Source: Chloroflexota bacterium (GTDB taxonomy: Bacteria; Chloroflexota; Dehalococcoidia; Lucifugimonadales; UBA3495). From it: a stretch of 62,545 bases of DNA. Both the position numbers and the translations under genes were made by a program. The DNA lies in assembly GCA_027624135.1 (NCBI GenBank), contig JAQBXL010000002.1:1-62545 (forward strand). The letters run 5' to 3'. The notes under the pieces were generated by a model, which had not been told where the DNA came from, ran no database searches, and worked only from the letters and a program-made list of their open reading frames with translations. This document shows, one piece after another, positions 53,404 to 62,545 of this stretch. The stretch's first letter is position 1. Every line of letters starts with the position of its first letter.

Positions 53404-53967
53404 ATGTTCAATTGCCTAAAAGGGATGCTCGTTACGCTGGTGTCCACCATGCACGGCTTGAGGCAACCGGTGACCCGGCAATACCCGGATAGCGGAAACC
53501 TTTTGGGACACCATCCCGAACCGACCCCTGTGAAGGACCGGTTCATGGGTTTTCCGGCCCTTACTTGGGATGAAGACGTGCAGGAGCCCTTTTGCACCAG
53601 TTGCATGGTCTGCATCCGCCAATGCCCGACCCAATGCATGTCGTCCGTGATGAAGGATAACCCTCTTCACGAAGAGGGGAAAAGTTCCCGTAGAAAGATC
53701 GTTGATAGCTTCGAGATCAATCTCAACCGGTGTATACTCTGTGGCATCTGCGTTGAGGTGTGTAACTTCGATGCGATTGTGATGACCCATGAACATGAGA
53801 TGAGCGATTTCAGCCGCAACGCGATTCGGGTGGACTTGCCCATTCTGTTAGAGAACGGGCTCAAGTTCCAGAAGGAAACCGGCTGGATTCCGCCGACACA
53901 ACGGGCCAAGGTCCAGAAAGGCGGAGATGCAGCGGCTGAAACGACCGCCGCAGGGACCGAAACTTAA
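53404..53967 (+). CDS. nuoI: NADH-quinone oxidoreductase subunit I
   Basis: Two CxxCxxCxxxCP ferredoxin motifs (CTSCMVCIRQCP, CILCGICVEVC). Confidence 0.92.
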   Translation: MFNCLKGMLVTLVSTMHGLRQPVTRQYPDSGNLLGHHPEPTPVKDRFMGFPALTWDEDVQEPFCTSCMVCIRQCPTQCMSSVMKDNPLHEEGKSSRRKIVDSFEINLNRCILCGICVEVCNFDAIVMTHEHEMSDFSRNAIRVDLPILLENGLKFQKETGWIPPTQRAKVQKGGDAAAETTAAGTET

Positions 53968-54014
53968 CAACCGTCCTGATTCAACCGGCCCGATTCAGTG
54001 GGAAGACCCAATGG

Positions 54015-54299
54015 GTGCTTTGCATGCCTAAACGAGAAGACGAACGGCAAAGGAACTTGAGGGGGCGTCACGTTGAGGCCTGCACCTGTCAGGACTGCAC
54101 TGACCGGTTCCTTAAGAAAAAGAAGATAACACCCAGCCGGAACAAACCGGGAATCACGCGGACTGGCGGTGAGAAGATCGCCAAGCACCCGCGCGACTGC
54201 GAGTGCGCGAGTTGCGCTCTGTTGCGGACCATGGGGAACCTGCCGCAGTTGGACAAAGGACCGGGTGGATTCCTAAAGAGACTGTTTCGCAAGAAATAA
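54015..54299 (+). CDS. Small, very basic protein with a duplicated HxxxCxCxxC motif (hypothetical)
   Basis: 94-aa ORF (GTG 54015 or ATG 54024) in the 465-nt nuoI-nuoJ gap. HVEACTCQDC and HPRDCECASC have identical spacing. No strong RBS. Confidence 0.4.
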   Translation: MLCMPKREDERQRNLRGRHVEACTCQDCTDRFLKKKKITPSRNKPGITRTGGEKIAKHPRDCECASCALLRTMGNLPQLDKGPGGFLKRLFRKK

Positions 54300-54348
54300 A
54301 GTCTTAGCCGGGCCTAGATAAACGCCCGGACAATCGAATAGAGATCAA

Positions 54349-54376
54349 GAGCCGCCGATCTGGTGGCTCGTATTTT
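54349..54376 (+). terminator. Terminator-like hairpin inside the nuo cluster (between nuoI and nuoJ)
   Basis: GAGCCGCC-GATCT-GGTGGCTC (8 bp including one G-U) followed by GTATTTT. Confidence 0.4.
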
Positions 54377-54432
54377 GGGGGGGACAAAATATGGCTGGTA
54401 ATTCACCTGACAGGCAGGGTCCAACCGCCTAG

Positions 54433-54921
54433 ATGGCCTGGTTCGTTTTCATATTGGTGGCGGCGCTGACCATCGGCGGCGGGCTGGGAGTTGTGCTATC
54501 CCGCAACGTGGTTCACGCGGCGCTGGCGTTGTTGGTCTCCCTGATCGCGGTGGCCGGAGTTTATCTGGTCCTGTTTGCCGAGTTCCTGGCCCTGGTGCAG
54601 GTGTTGATTTACGGCGGCGCAATCATCATCGTGCTTCTGTTTGCTGTCATGCTAACCCGGAGCTCCGATTACCCACGAATCTCTGACAATAAACAGTGGC
54701 CCCTGGCCGCAGTCGCCGCTTTAGCGCTTCTGGGGGTTTTGGTCCCCGCCTTCGTAATAAACAATGTGGCAGGGACGCAAGCTCAGAACGCCTCTTTTAC
54801 CGGCATCGGCGAGTCGCTTTTCACCACCTGGGCTGTTCCATTTGAGATTGCATCCCTAGTGTTATTGGTTGCTTTGATCGGCGCCATCATCATCGCGCGC
54901 TCCGGCCCGGGAGAGAACTAA
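54433..54921 (+). CDS. nuoJ: NADH-quinone oxidoreductase subunit J
   Basis: 162 aa. Hydrophobic NuoJ pattern (VHAALALLVSL...VLIYGGAIIIVLLFAVML). Confidence 0.9.
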   Translation: MAWFVFILVAALTIGGGLGVVLSRNVVHAALALLVSLIAVAGVYLVLFAEFLALVQVLIYGGAIIIVLLFAVMLTRSSDYPRISDNKQWPLAAVAALALLGVLVPAFVINNVAGTQAQNASFTGIGESLFTTWAVPFEIASLVLLVALIGAIIIARSGPGEN

Positions 54922-54924
54922 GAC

Positions 54925-55245
54925 ATGGTTGATCTGGTCTGGTTCCAACTCCTCAGCGCCGCCCTGTTTGTCATCGGCCTTTATGGCGTGATGGCTCGCC
55001 GTTCCGCGGTGCTCATCGTGATGTCCATCGAATTGATGTTGAACGCGGTGAACATCAACCTCATTGCCGCCGCTTCTCACATGGAGGGCACCGGCAGCTT
55101 CGCCAATTTCGACGGTCAATTGATCGCCATATTTATCATCACCGTGGCCGCAGCAGAGGTCGGCCTGGCTCTGGCTATCATCCTGCGTATGTTCCGGAAC
55201 CGGTCCACGGTCAACGTTGATGAGATCGACTTGATGAAATGGTGA
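54925..55245 (+). CDS. nuoK: NADH-quinone oxidoreductase subunit K
   Basis: 106 aa. MSIELMLNAVNINL and AAAEVGLALAII motifs. Confidence 0.93.
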   Translation: MVDLVWFQLLSAALFVIGLYGVMARRSAVLIVMSIELMLNAVNINLIAAASHMEGTGSFANFDGQLIAIFIITVAAAEVGLALAIILRMFRNRSTVNVDEIDLMKW

Positions 55246-55269
55246 TTGCCACGACGCAGATGCTATCTG

Positions 55270-55305
55270 CCTGGGTGACTGCCAGTGTGACTACCTGGGT
55301 GACTG
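55270..55305. repeat. 12-nt periodic triple GTGACT motif in the nuoK-nuoL spacer
   Basis: GTGACT at 55275, 55287 and 55299. CCTGGGTGACTG repeated at 55270 and 55294. Confidence 0.8.
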
Positions 55306-55309
55306 TCTG

Positions 55310-57229
55310 ATGCAGTGGGCCTGGCTAATACCTGTGTTCTGCTTCGCCGCTGCGCCGGTGATTGTGATCTTCGGGAAATTCCTCCCGACTAAAGGCGCAT
55401 TCTTATCGATCCTGGCCATCGCCGGCGGGTTCGTGGTTTTCTGGTTCGTGTTCGGTTCTTGGCTGGACGCCGATGCCGCCACCAAAGGCTGCTTCACCAG
55501 CGCGAATACAGGGATGCTCTCCTGCGATTACGAGCGGAGTTGGTTCAACGCCGGGGTAATCGGGGCCGTCGGCAGTGTCAGCCTACACTGGGGCATCCTG
55601 ATCGATCCGCTGACCATCGCCATGCTGGGCCTGGTGACCTTCGTGGCCCTCATGGTCCAGATATACTCCATGGCCTACATGATGGGCGACCCGCGTTTCG
55701 GCTGGTATTTCGCGGTCCATTCCCTATTCGCGGCGTCCATGCTGACCTTGGTACTGGCCGACAACTTCTTGCTGCTCTACGTCGCTTGGGAGTTGGTCGG
55801 GATCTGCTCTTATCTGCTGATTGGGTTCTGGCACGAGCGGCCAGCAGCTAGAGAAGCGGCCAAGAAGGCCTTTATCGTCACCCGGATCGGCGATGTTGGA
55901 CTGCTGGTGGGCATACTGCTCATCTGGCGTGATGTGGGCAGCTTCAGCATGCTGGATGCTTTCGAGGCGGTACGCACCGGCGCGATGAGCGAGGGAGTGG
56001 CGACGGCGTCGGCGATTCTGCTATTCCTTGGAGCTATGGGCAAGTCCGCTCAGGTCCCCTTCCACGTTTGGCTGCCCGACGCGATGGAAGGCCCGACCCC
56101 GGTCAGCGCCCTGATCCACGCCGCGACTATGGTAATCGCGGGCGTCTATCTGGTGGCCCGCGCCTTCCCCCTATTCGAGGCCTACGATGCCGTCCCGCTC
56201 CTGATAGTGGCCATAGTCGGCCTGACCACGGCGCTGATGGCCGCGACCATTGCTTTGGTGTCCACCGACCTCAAGCGCATACTCGCCTATTCGACGATCA
56301 GTCACCTGGGACTGATGATGCTGTCCCTTGGCGCGTTTGGTTATACAGCGGCCATCTTTCACTTGATGGCTCACGGCTTCTCCAAGGCGCTGCTGTTCCT
56401 GGGGGCGGGCAGCGTTCTCCACAGCACTGAGTTTCAGGAGACCGGGGAGATGGGTGGCCTCAGGAAGGTGATGCCCCTAACCGCCATCGTCTTCTCCATC
56501 GGGGCATTGTCTCTGGGTGGCATCCCGGTCTTGGCGGGATTCTGGAGCAAGGACGAGATCTTGGTGGCGGTGAACGACAACCGGAACGCTGCGTTCATCA
56601 TCTTGACCCTGTTCACAGCCTTGCTGAGCGCGTTATATATGGGCCGGGCGATGTTCTTGGTGTTCTTTGGTGAATTGAAAGACCAGAATAGCCACGTCCA
56701 CGACGCGCCTCTGGCCATGGCGATCCCGATGGCCCTACTAGGTGTCTTGGCGCTAGGGTTCGGCTTCATCACCTTCAATTGGCCCGGCAGCTTTAACGGA
56801 TTGGGCGACTTTGTCTTCTTCGGTCACGCCGAGGAGTTCCACTTCGAGGTCTGGCTGGGAGCGGTCTCGATAGTGTTGGCGGTGGCGGCCTTCATGTTCG
56901 CCTATCTGGCCTACGCGAAGAGAAGCATCTCGATGGAGGCGACGCGGTCGCGGTTCTCTGGAGTCTTGAAGGTTATAGAAAACAAGTATTACTTCGATGA
57001 GGTCTACCAGTGGGTCGTAGATAAAGTGGTGTTGGTATTCTCCAGGGCAGTGGCGTTCTTCGATAGAGCGATAGTCAACGACATCATCGTTAATGGACCG
57101 GCGGACATCACGCGAAAATTCGGCATCGCGTTACGGCTACATGTGACCGGCCACGTTTATACCTACACCCTGGCCATGGCTCTCGGGACCGTCGGTCTCG
57201 GTATCTTCGTCTGGGTGCGGTCGGTATAG
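55310..57229 (+). CDS. nuoL: NADH-quinone oxidoreductase subunit L
   Basis: 639 aa, Mrp-antiporter-like. WELVGICSYLLIGFW motif. Confidence 0.95.
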   Translation: MQWAWLIPVFCFAAAPVIVIFGKFLPTKGAFLSILAIAGGFVVFWFVFGSWLDADAATKGCFTSANTGMLSCDYERSWFNAGVIGAVGSVSLHWGILIDPLTIAMLGLVTFVALMVQIYSMAYMMGDPRFGWYFAVHSLFAASMLTLVLADNFLLLYVAWELVGICSYLLIGFWHERPAAREAAKKAFIVTRIGDVGLLVGILLIWRDVGSFSMLDAFEAVRTGAMSEGVATASAILLFLGAMGKSAQVPFHVWLPDAMEGPTPVSALIHAATMVIAGVYLVARAFPLFEAYDAVPLLIVAIVGLTTALMAATIALVSTDLKRILAYSTISHLGLMMLSLGAFGYTAAIFHLMAHGFSKALLFLGAGSVLHSTEFQETGEMGGLRKVMPLTAIVFSIGALSLGGIPVLAGFWSKDEILVAVNDNRNAAFIILTLFTALLSALYMGRAMFLVFFGELKDQNSHVHDAPLAMAIPMALLGVLALGFGFITFNWPGSFNGLGDFVFFGHAEEFHFEVWLGAVSIVLAVAAFMFAYLAYAKRSISMEATRSRFSGVLKVIENKYYFDEVYQWVVDKVVLVFSRAVAFFDRAIVNDIIVNGPADITRKFGIALRLHVTGHVYTYTLAMALGTVGLGIFVWVRSV

Positions 57230-57321
57230 ATGACCACAGTCCGCCTAATTACCGCTTCTAGCCGCCGATTCCATTCCAATTTCCATTTCAATCACCTGGG
57301 CTGCCTTGGCGGTGGCCGGGC

Positions 57322-58836
57322 ATGATGAACGATTTCGATCAAGTAGCGCTGCTGCTTCTGATCTTGGTGCCTTTAGCCGGGTCGCTGATGATGATGTTCA
57401 TGCCCGGCGATCAGAGCAAAGAGTCATGGTACTTCGCCATATTCGTCGCCGGAATATCTCTGATCCTTTCTTTGCTCGTGTTCTTCCGGTACGACTATGA
57501 CGCCGGCGGGTTTCAGTTCATTCGCACTTACGAATGGCTGCCCGGACCGCTGGATATAAATCTAGCCCTGGGGATCGACGGCATCTCCGCCCCGTTGGTG
57601 CTTCTAAACGGCGTCGTGTTGTTTGGTGGCGTGCTTATCTCCCAGACGATTACCCATCGCATCCGAGACTTCTTCGTGCTGTTGTTGGCCCTATCGGCTG
57701 GTGTTTTCGGCACCTTTGCCGTGCGCGACCTGTTCTTCTTGTTCTTCTTCTATGAGCTGGCCGTGCTGCCCATGTATCTGCTGATCGGAGTCTGGGGCAG
57801 CAGCACCGATTTCGGAACGTTCCTACGCACCAAGGAATACGGGGCGATGAAACTGATCCTATTCCTGGTCGCCGGGAGCATCCTGGTCTGGATCGGTATC
57901 CTGGCGTTGTACGTCGAGGCCTCGGACAACTCAGCGGCGACGTTCTCACTCCAGGGTTTGGCCCAACTTTCTGAATCAGGCCAGTTCGACGAGACATTCC
58001 AGACCTGGGTGTTCCCGCTGTTCATGGTGGGATTCGGTGTCTTGGCCGGCCTTTGGCCCTTCCACACCTGGTCGCCCGACGGTCACGTGGCGGCGCCCAC
58101 GGCAGTGAGCATGCTCCACGCCGGGGTGCTGATGAAACTGGGGGCTTACGGCATCATCCGGGTCGGCATGTTCCTGCTGCCCGAGGGAGCGGAGAACTGG
58201 ATGCCGGTGCTGATCAGCCTGGGCACCGTGAACGTCCTCTACGGCGCGGTCTCGGCCATGTCCCAGAACGACCTTAAATACATCATTGGCTATTCCAGCG
58301 TCAGCCACATGGGTTATGTGCTGATGGGCATAGCCACTCTGGATAACGTCGGAGTTGGCGGCGCGGTCCTCCAGATGGTGTCCCACGGCCTGATGACAGC
58401 CCTGATGTTCCTTCTGGTTGGCTCCGTCTACCATCGCACCCACACCAGAGACATTACGGTTCTGAACGGGTTGGCCAGCCGGATGCCAGTGAACACTTTC
58501 TTCTTCGCCATCGCGGGTCTGGCGTCCTTGGGATTACCAGGACTAAGCGGGTTCATCGCCGAGTTTATGGTGTTTACCGGGGCGTTCCGTACCTATCTGC
58601 CTTTGGCCATCTTGGCTGTTATCGGCGCGGCGCTGACGGCGGTCTATATATTGCGGCTATTGGCCCGGACCTTCATGGGCGAAGCGGATGAACGGTGGGC
58701 CGATCTCACCGACGCCAGTCCGATGGAGATGTCCGTCGGTGGCGCCTTCGTGGCGATCATTATCTTCATCGGAGTCTGGCCGGCCCCTTTGATGCGGGTG
58801 ATTAACGTCGGCGTTCAGACGATACCAGGGGTATAA
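57322..58836 (+). CDS. nuoM: NADH-quinone oxidoreductase subunit M
   Basis: 504 aa. FFFFYELAVLPMYLLIGVWG and HTWSPDGHVAAPTAVSMLHAGVLMKLG. Confidence 0.95.
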   Translation: MMNDFDQVALLLLILVPLAGSLMMMFMPGDQSKESWYFAIFVAGISLILSLLVFFRYDYDAGGFQFIRTYEWLPGPLDINLALGIDGISAPLVLLNGVVLFGGVLISQTITHRIRDFFVLLLALSAGVFGTFAVRDLFFLFFFYELAVLPMYLLIGVWGSSTDFGTFLRTKEYGAMKLILFLVAGSILVWIGILALYVEASDNSAATFSLQGLAQLSESGQFDETFQTWVFPLFMVGFGVLAGLWPFHTWSPDGHVAAPTAVSMLHAGVLMKLGAYGIIRVGMFLLPEGAENWMPVLISLGTVNVLYGAVSAMSQNDLKYIIGYSSVSHMGYVLMGIATLDNVGVGGAVLQMVSHGLMTALMFLLVGSVYHRTHTRDITVLNGLASRMPVNTFFFAIAGLASLGLPGLSGFIAEFMVFTGAFRTYLPLAILAVIGAALTAVYILRLLARTFMGEADERWADLTDASPMEMSVGGAFVAIIIFIGVWPAPLMRVINVGVQTIPGV

Positions 58837-58842
58837 GAGGCA

Positions 58843-60342
58843 GTGACTAGTCTTTCCGACAATCTTCACCTGCTAACTCCGGAGTTCGCTCTGGCGGTCC
58901 TGGCGTTCTTGGTGTTCGCGATCGACCTGTTCCTTCCCGAAGACCGCAAGGGATACCTGGGCTGGGTTTCCATCGCCGGTCTGTTGGCCTTGATCGTCGT
59001 GTCTCTGGTCATGTTGTGGGGTGAAGAAGAGAGCCTCTACGACGGTCTTTTGGCGGTGGACGACTTTGCTCTGTTCTTCAAGGTCTTTTTCATGGGGATG
59101 GGAGTGTTCATCATCCTCACCTCCATGGATTTCGTTGAAGACCGATTGGAGCATCGAGGGGAATTCTACGGACTGCTCCTGTTCTCGATCTTGGGCATGA
59201 ACCTGATGGCCCAGTCGCGGGAATTGCTGACGGCCTACATCGCCCTGGAACTGCTGAGCTTCAGCCTCTACGTGCTGGCCGCTTACGCCAAGGACGACGC
59301 CAAGTCCAACGAGAGCGCCTTGAAATACATCATCGTCGGTGCGGTGTCCTCGGCGATCCTGCTCTACGGAGTGAGCATGGTCTACGGTGTGCTGGGCGTG
59401 ACCAAATTCGAAGATATCGCCGCCGGGCTGGCCGTGGCCTCCGAGGTGAGCCCGGCGCTTTGGGTTGGCGTTGGCTTGATCTTGGTTGGGCTGATGTTCA
59501 AGATCTCCGCGGTGCCTTTCCACATGTGGGCGCCCGACGTTTACGAAGGCGCTCCCTATCCCGTTACCGCATATCTGGCCATCGGGTCCAAGGCGGCGGC
59601 ATTCGCCCTGGTGTTGCGATTGGCCGCAGAGGGGTTCGTCCCGGCAGCCGACCGTTGGGAACAGTGGCAGATCATTCTGGCGGTATTGGCGGCTCTGACC
59701 ATGCTGCTGGGAAACCTGGTGGCGCTTGCGCAGAAAAACTTGAAGCGTCTGATGGCCTATTCCAGCATCGGGCATGCCGGGTTCATCCTGGCCGGTATCG
59801 CCGCGCTGTCTCTGGACTCGGACCTGGCCTCCAACGGCGTGATGTTCTATCTGGTCGGTTACTCGATCACCAACCTGGTCGTTTTTGCCGCATTGATCTC
59901 GTTCTTCAACATGACCGGCAAAGAGACCATTACCGACCTGGGCGGCCTGGCCGACCACCAACCGTTCCTGGCGGCCGCTCTTGCGATGGGATTGTTCTCG
60001 CTGGCAGGACTACCCATCTTCGCCGGGTTCACCATGAAGTTCTATCTCTTCACGGCCGTAGCGAACGAGGGATTCCTCTGGTTGGCGGGACTGGCGGTCT
60101 TCAGCAGCCTGATCTCCTTGTACTACTACCTGCAGATACTGCGCCAGGTATATATCGAACCCACTCCGGCCTCCGATGGTGGCGGCGACTTGTTGGAAGA
60201 CTACCCAGCTCTGACGAAACGGACTTCACTGACGTTGTTGACCGTGCTTGGTTCCGGGATGGCGGGCATCATCTGGCTCGGCATCTATCCCAAGCCCTTG
60301 ATCGACGCCATTGAAGCCGCCAGCCGTGCGGTCATGTCTTAG
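58843..60342 (+). CDS. nuoN: NADH-quinone oxidoreductase subunit N
   Basis: 499 aa. FKISAVPFHMWAPDVYEGAP motif. GTG start. Confidence 0.95.
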   Translation: MTSLSDNLHLLTPEFALAVLAFLVFAIDLFLPEDRKGYLGWVSIAGLLALIVVSLVMLWGEEESLYDGLLAVDDFALFFKVFFMGMGVFIILTSMDFVEDRLEHRGEFYGLLLFSILGMNLMAQSRELLTAYIALELLSFSLYVLAAYAKDDAKSNESALKYIIVGAVSSAILLYGVSMVYGVLGVTKFEDIAAGLAVASEVSPALWVGVGLILVGLMFKISAVPFHMWAPDVYEGAPYPVTAYLAIGSKAAAFALVLRLAAEGFVPAADRWEQWQIILAVLAALTMLLGNLVALAQKNLKRLMAYSSIGHAGFILAGIAALSLDSDLASNGVMFYLVGYSITNLVVFAALISFFNMTGKETITDLGGLADHQPFLAAALAMGLFSLAGLPIFAGFTMKFYLFTAVANEGFLWLAGLAVFSSLISLYYYLQILRQVYIEPTPASDGGGDLLEDYPALTKRTSLTLLTVLGSGMAGIIWLGIYPKPLIDAIEAASRAVMS

Positions 60343-60445
60343 TTCGAGGGTCGTGGTTCCTCGATCGGGGAACGGCATCTAAGTTGGAGGAGTGCAGTCC
60401 GATATGATAGTCTCCCACTCAGTTCGAAAAAAACGGCAGCGAATT

Positions 60446-60479
60446 CCCGTGCGTCCGTGGGTCCCGCGCGTCCGTGGGT
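60446..60479. repeat. Tandem duplication of a 17-nt unit (CCCGYGCGTCCGTGGGT x2)
   Basis: 60446-60462 and 60463-60479 match at 16 of 17 positions. The repeat ends 14 nt before the next gene's start. Confidence 0.9.
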
Positions 60480-60493
60480 AAGGTAAACAGTAG

Positions 60494-60988
60494 ATGATAA
60501 TTGCGGTGATCGGTAGCAGTAATCCAGCCACCCGCGAACACGTGGAACTGGCGGAAGGGGTTGGCCGTGAGTTGGCTCGCAGGGACATCATGGTTGTCTG
60601 CGGCGGGCTCAGCGGCATAATGGAGGCCGTCTGCCGAGGGGCCAAAGCTGAAGGCGGCACCACGATTGGGATACTTCCCGGACGGGCCGCTGCCGAAGCC
60701 AACAGCTACGTGGACATTCCCATCGTCACCAGCATGGGTTATTCCCGGAACGTGATCGTGGTCCACACAGGCCAAGCGGTGATCGCAGTTGGCGGGGCCT
60801 TTGGAACTCTGTCCGAGATTGGCCATGCCTTGAGCGACGGTATACCGGTGGTCGGCCTCAAGACTTGGCCTCTGACGGCCAACGGCGACGGCGTGGACAT
60901 GAACGGCGCCATCATACAAGCGACTGATCCCTTGGACGCCGTGGAGAAGGCCCTGGTCGCCGTGGCGGCACGCAACCACCACCGCTAA
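60494..60988 (+). CDS. TIGR00725-family (LOG/DprA-like Rossmann) protein
   Basis: 164 aa. IAVIGSS...[30 protein letters not shown]. Confidence 0.75.
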   Translation: MIIAVIGSSNPATREHVELAEGVGRELARRDIMVVCGGLSGIMEAVCRGAKAEGGTTIGILPGRAAAEANSYVDIPIVTSMGYSRNVIVVHTGQAVIAVGGAFGTLSEIGHALSDGIPVVGLKTWPLTANGDGVDMNGAIIQATDPLDAVEKALVAVAARNHHR

Positions 60989-61023
60989 GATCCCGGAATT
61001 ATCTTCGCCAGAAAAAGGTTTTT

Positions 61024-62343
61024 ATGACCAGCGTTAGTAACGGCGTGACTATCACTTCGGTCCGGGGGCGCGAGACTCTGGACTCCCGTGGCAACCCCAC
61101 CGTCGAAGCCGAGATCGTTCTGTCCACGGGGCTGGCCGCCCATGCCATCGTTCCGTCGGGGGCGAGCACTGGCAGTTACGAAGCTCTCGAACTTCGAGAC
61201 GGTGATTCCTCTCGTTACGGCGGCAAGGGAGTCTTGAAGGCCGTGGCCAACGTGGACGGCGCCATCTCCTCCTGGCTGGTTGGGCGATCTCCCATGGATC
61301 AGGCGGCTATCGACGCAGGGCTGATCGAACTTGACGGCACCGACGACAAGCGCAATTTGGGCGCAAACGCCATATTGGCTGTGTCGCTGGCCGTGGCGAG
61401 GGCCGCTGCGGCTGCGAGCAGTCAGAACGGTTCGCTGTGGAGATACCTGGCCGGCGGCGGGCAAGTCAGCCTGCCCGTTCCCATGTTCAACATCCTGAAC
61501 GGTGGGAAGCACGCCTCAAATTCGGCCGATATCCAAGAATTCATGGTGATGCCGATGGGGGTAAAGGCTTTCTCTGACGCTCTACGTGCTGGCGCCGAGA
61601 TCTACCAAGCTCTGAAGACACTCTTGGCTGATGGTGGACATAACACCAACGTGGGTGACGAGGGCGGGTTCGCCCCCAGTCTGCCGTCCAACCGCGACGC
61701 TCTGGAAATGGTGCTTAAGGCCGTGGAAAAGGCGGGCTATACCCCCGGCATAGATGTGCACATCGCTCTGGACGTGGCAGCCAGCGAATTATTTAACGAA
61801 GACCAAGGCCTGTACGTGTTGGAGCGGGACGGGGCCAGTCTGACTTGCACAGAGTTGGTGAAGCTGTACGAAGAATGGGCTAGCCAGTACCCCATCATTT
61901 CCATCGAGGACGGTCTTTTCGAAGACGATTGGAGAGGCTGGTCCAGTCTTCTTGAAAGCCTGGGCGGTTCGATACAAATACTGGGCGATGACCTGCTGGT
62001 GACCAACATCAACCGCATCAAGAAGAGCATCGACGTGAAGGCCAGCAACGCGATACTGTTGAAGCCCAACCAGATCGGCACCCTCTCGGAGACCCACGCG
62101 GCTTTGACCATGGCCAGGGACGCAGGATGGGGCGCGGTCATGAGTCACCGCTCCGGGGAGACCGAAGACACAACGATCGCCGACCTGGCGGTGGCCTGGG
62201 ACGTGCGGCAGATCAAGACCGGAGCGCCTGCCCGGTCGGAGAGAGTGGCCAAGTATAACCGGCTCCTGCGTATTGAATCCGAACTGGGCGACAAAGCCCA
62301 TTACGCCGGCGAGTCGGCCTTCGATTACTTGGGCCGTTCCTAG
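61024..62343 (+). CDS. eno: Enolase (phosphopyruvate hydratase)
   Basis: 439 aa. [16 protein letters not shown] and [14 protein letters not shown] motifs. Confidence 0.97.
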   Translation: MTSVSNGVTITSVRGRETLDSRGNPTVEAEIVLSTGLAAHAIVPSGASTGSYEALELRDGDSSRYGGKGVLKAVANVDGAISSWLVGRSPMDQAAIDAGLIELDGTDDKRNLGANAILAVSLAVARAAAAASSQNGSLWRYLAGGGQVSLPVPMFNILNGGKHASNSADIQEFMVMPMGVKAFSDALRAGAEIYQALKTLLADGGHNTNVGDEGGFAPSLPSNRDALEMVLKAVEKAGYTPGIDVHIALDVAASELFNEDQGLYVLERDGASLTCTELVKLYEEWASQYPIISIEDGLFEDDWRGWSSLLESLGGSIQILGDDLLVTNINRIKKSIDVKASNAILLKPNQIGTLSETHAALTMARDAGWGAVMSHRSGETEDTTIADLAVAWDVRQIKTGAPARSERVAKYNRLLRIESELGDKAHYAGESAFDYLGRS

Positions 62344-62486
62344 GCAGTTTCCACTCTGGGCCAGACGTGACTCCCTCGCTGGCCGATGTATCTCCGCGAA
62401 GCGTCAGACCAGGGCAATCGCATCTGATTTGAGGCGAGATGGCAATGGTAGGATTAGAGTCATCTTAGGGGTGGGGAGGATGACTC

Positions 62487-62545
62487 ATGGAGGAAAGATT
62501 AGCGCCTTCAATTACTGGCTATTTTAGCAGCCTGGAAGACCCTCG
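62487..62545 (+). mobile_element. 5' end of a possible ISAs1-family transposase gene (truncated by the window edge)
   Basis: ATG lies 7 nt after GGAGG. MEERLAPSITGYFSSLEDPR matches the N-terminal F..L.DPR motif of ISAs1 / H-repeat transposases. Only 19 codons are visible. Confidence 0.35.

Overview
This is a GC-rich bacterial chromosomal window made up almost entirely of core genes. I saw no rRNA genes, CRISPR arrays or obvious defence islands. The lineage is probably Chloroflexota, which is an inference from the adjacent TIGR03662 'YYY' and TIGR03663 membrane-protein pair and the 11-subunit nuo operon.

Gene content, left to right:
- An S41 peptidase homologue.
- The conserved block tRNA-Thr/Tyr/Thr-tuf-rpmG-secE-nusG-rplKAJL on the minus strand.
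- apt.
- A co-directional redox block: MBL hydrolase, CMD-family protein, HIBADH-like dehydrogenase, an unknown 347-aa protein, a UGSC protein, a NuoE/NuoF/FdhA-like trio and an FNR.
- mutS and mutL.
- A membrane glycosylation-type cluster.
- ftsY, rnc, cca, ogg and a DnaQ-DinG fusion.
- A two-domain multicopper oxidase.
- trmD.
- nuoABCD-HI-JKLMN, interrupted by three small non-nuo genes.
- eno, followed by the first codons of an ISAs1-like transposase at the right edge.

The main hidden signal is selenocysteine recoding. Three genes that the ORF track shows as truncated or split are restored by reading one in-frame TGA as Sec:
- UGSC family, TGA at 12492.
- ArsC/Spx-like, TGA at 21843.
- DsbA-like, TGA at 35192-35194 on the minus strand.

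In each case the TGA replaces the redox Cys of the family motif. Each is followed 12-15 nt later by a short hairpin with G/U in the apical loop, which is the geometry of a bacterial SECIS. The UGSC gene and the unknown 347-aa gene immediately upstream are the best candidate for an uncharacterised system.

All calls rest on reading the sequence and recalling family motifs. No searches were run, and start codons are approximate where noted.
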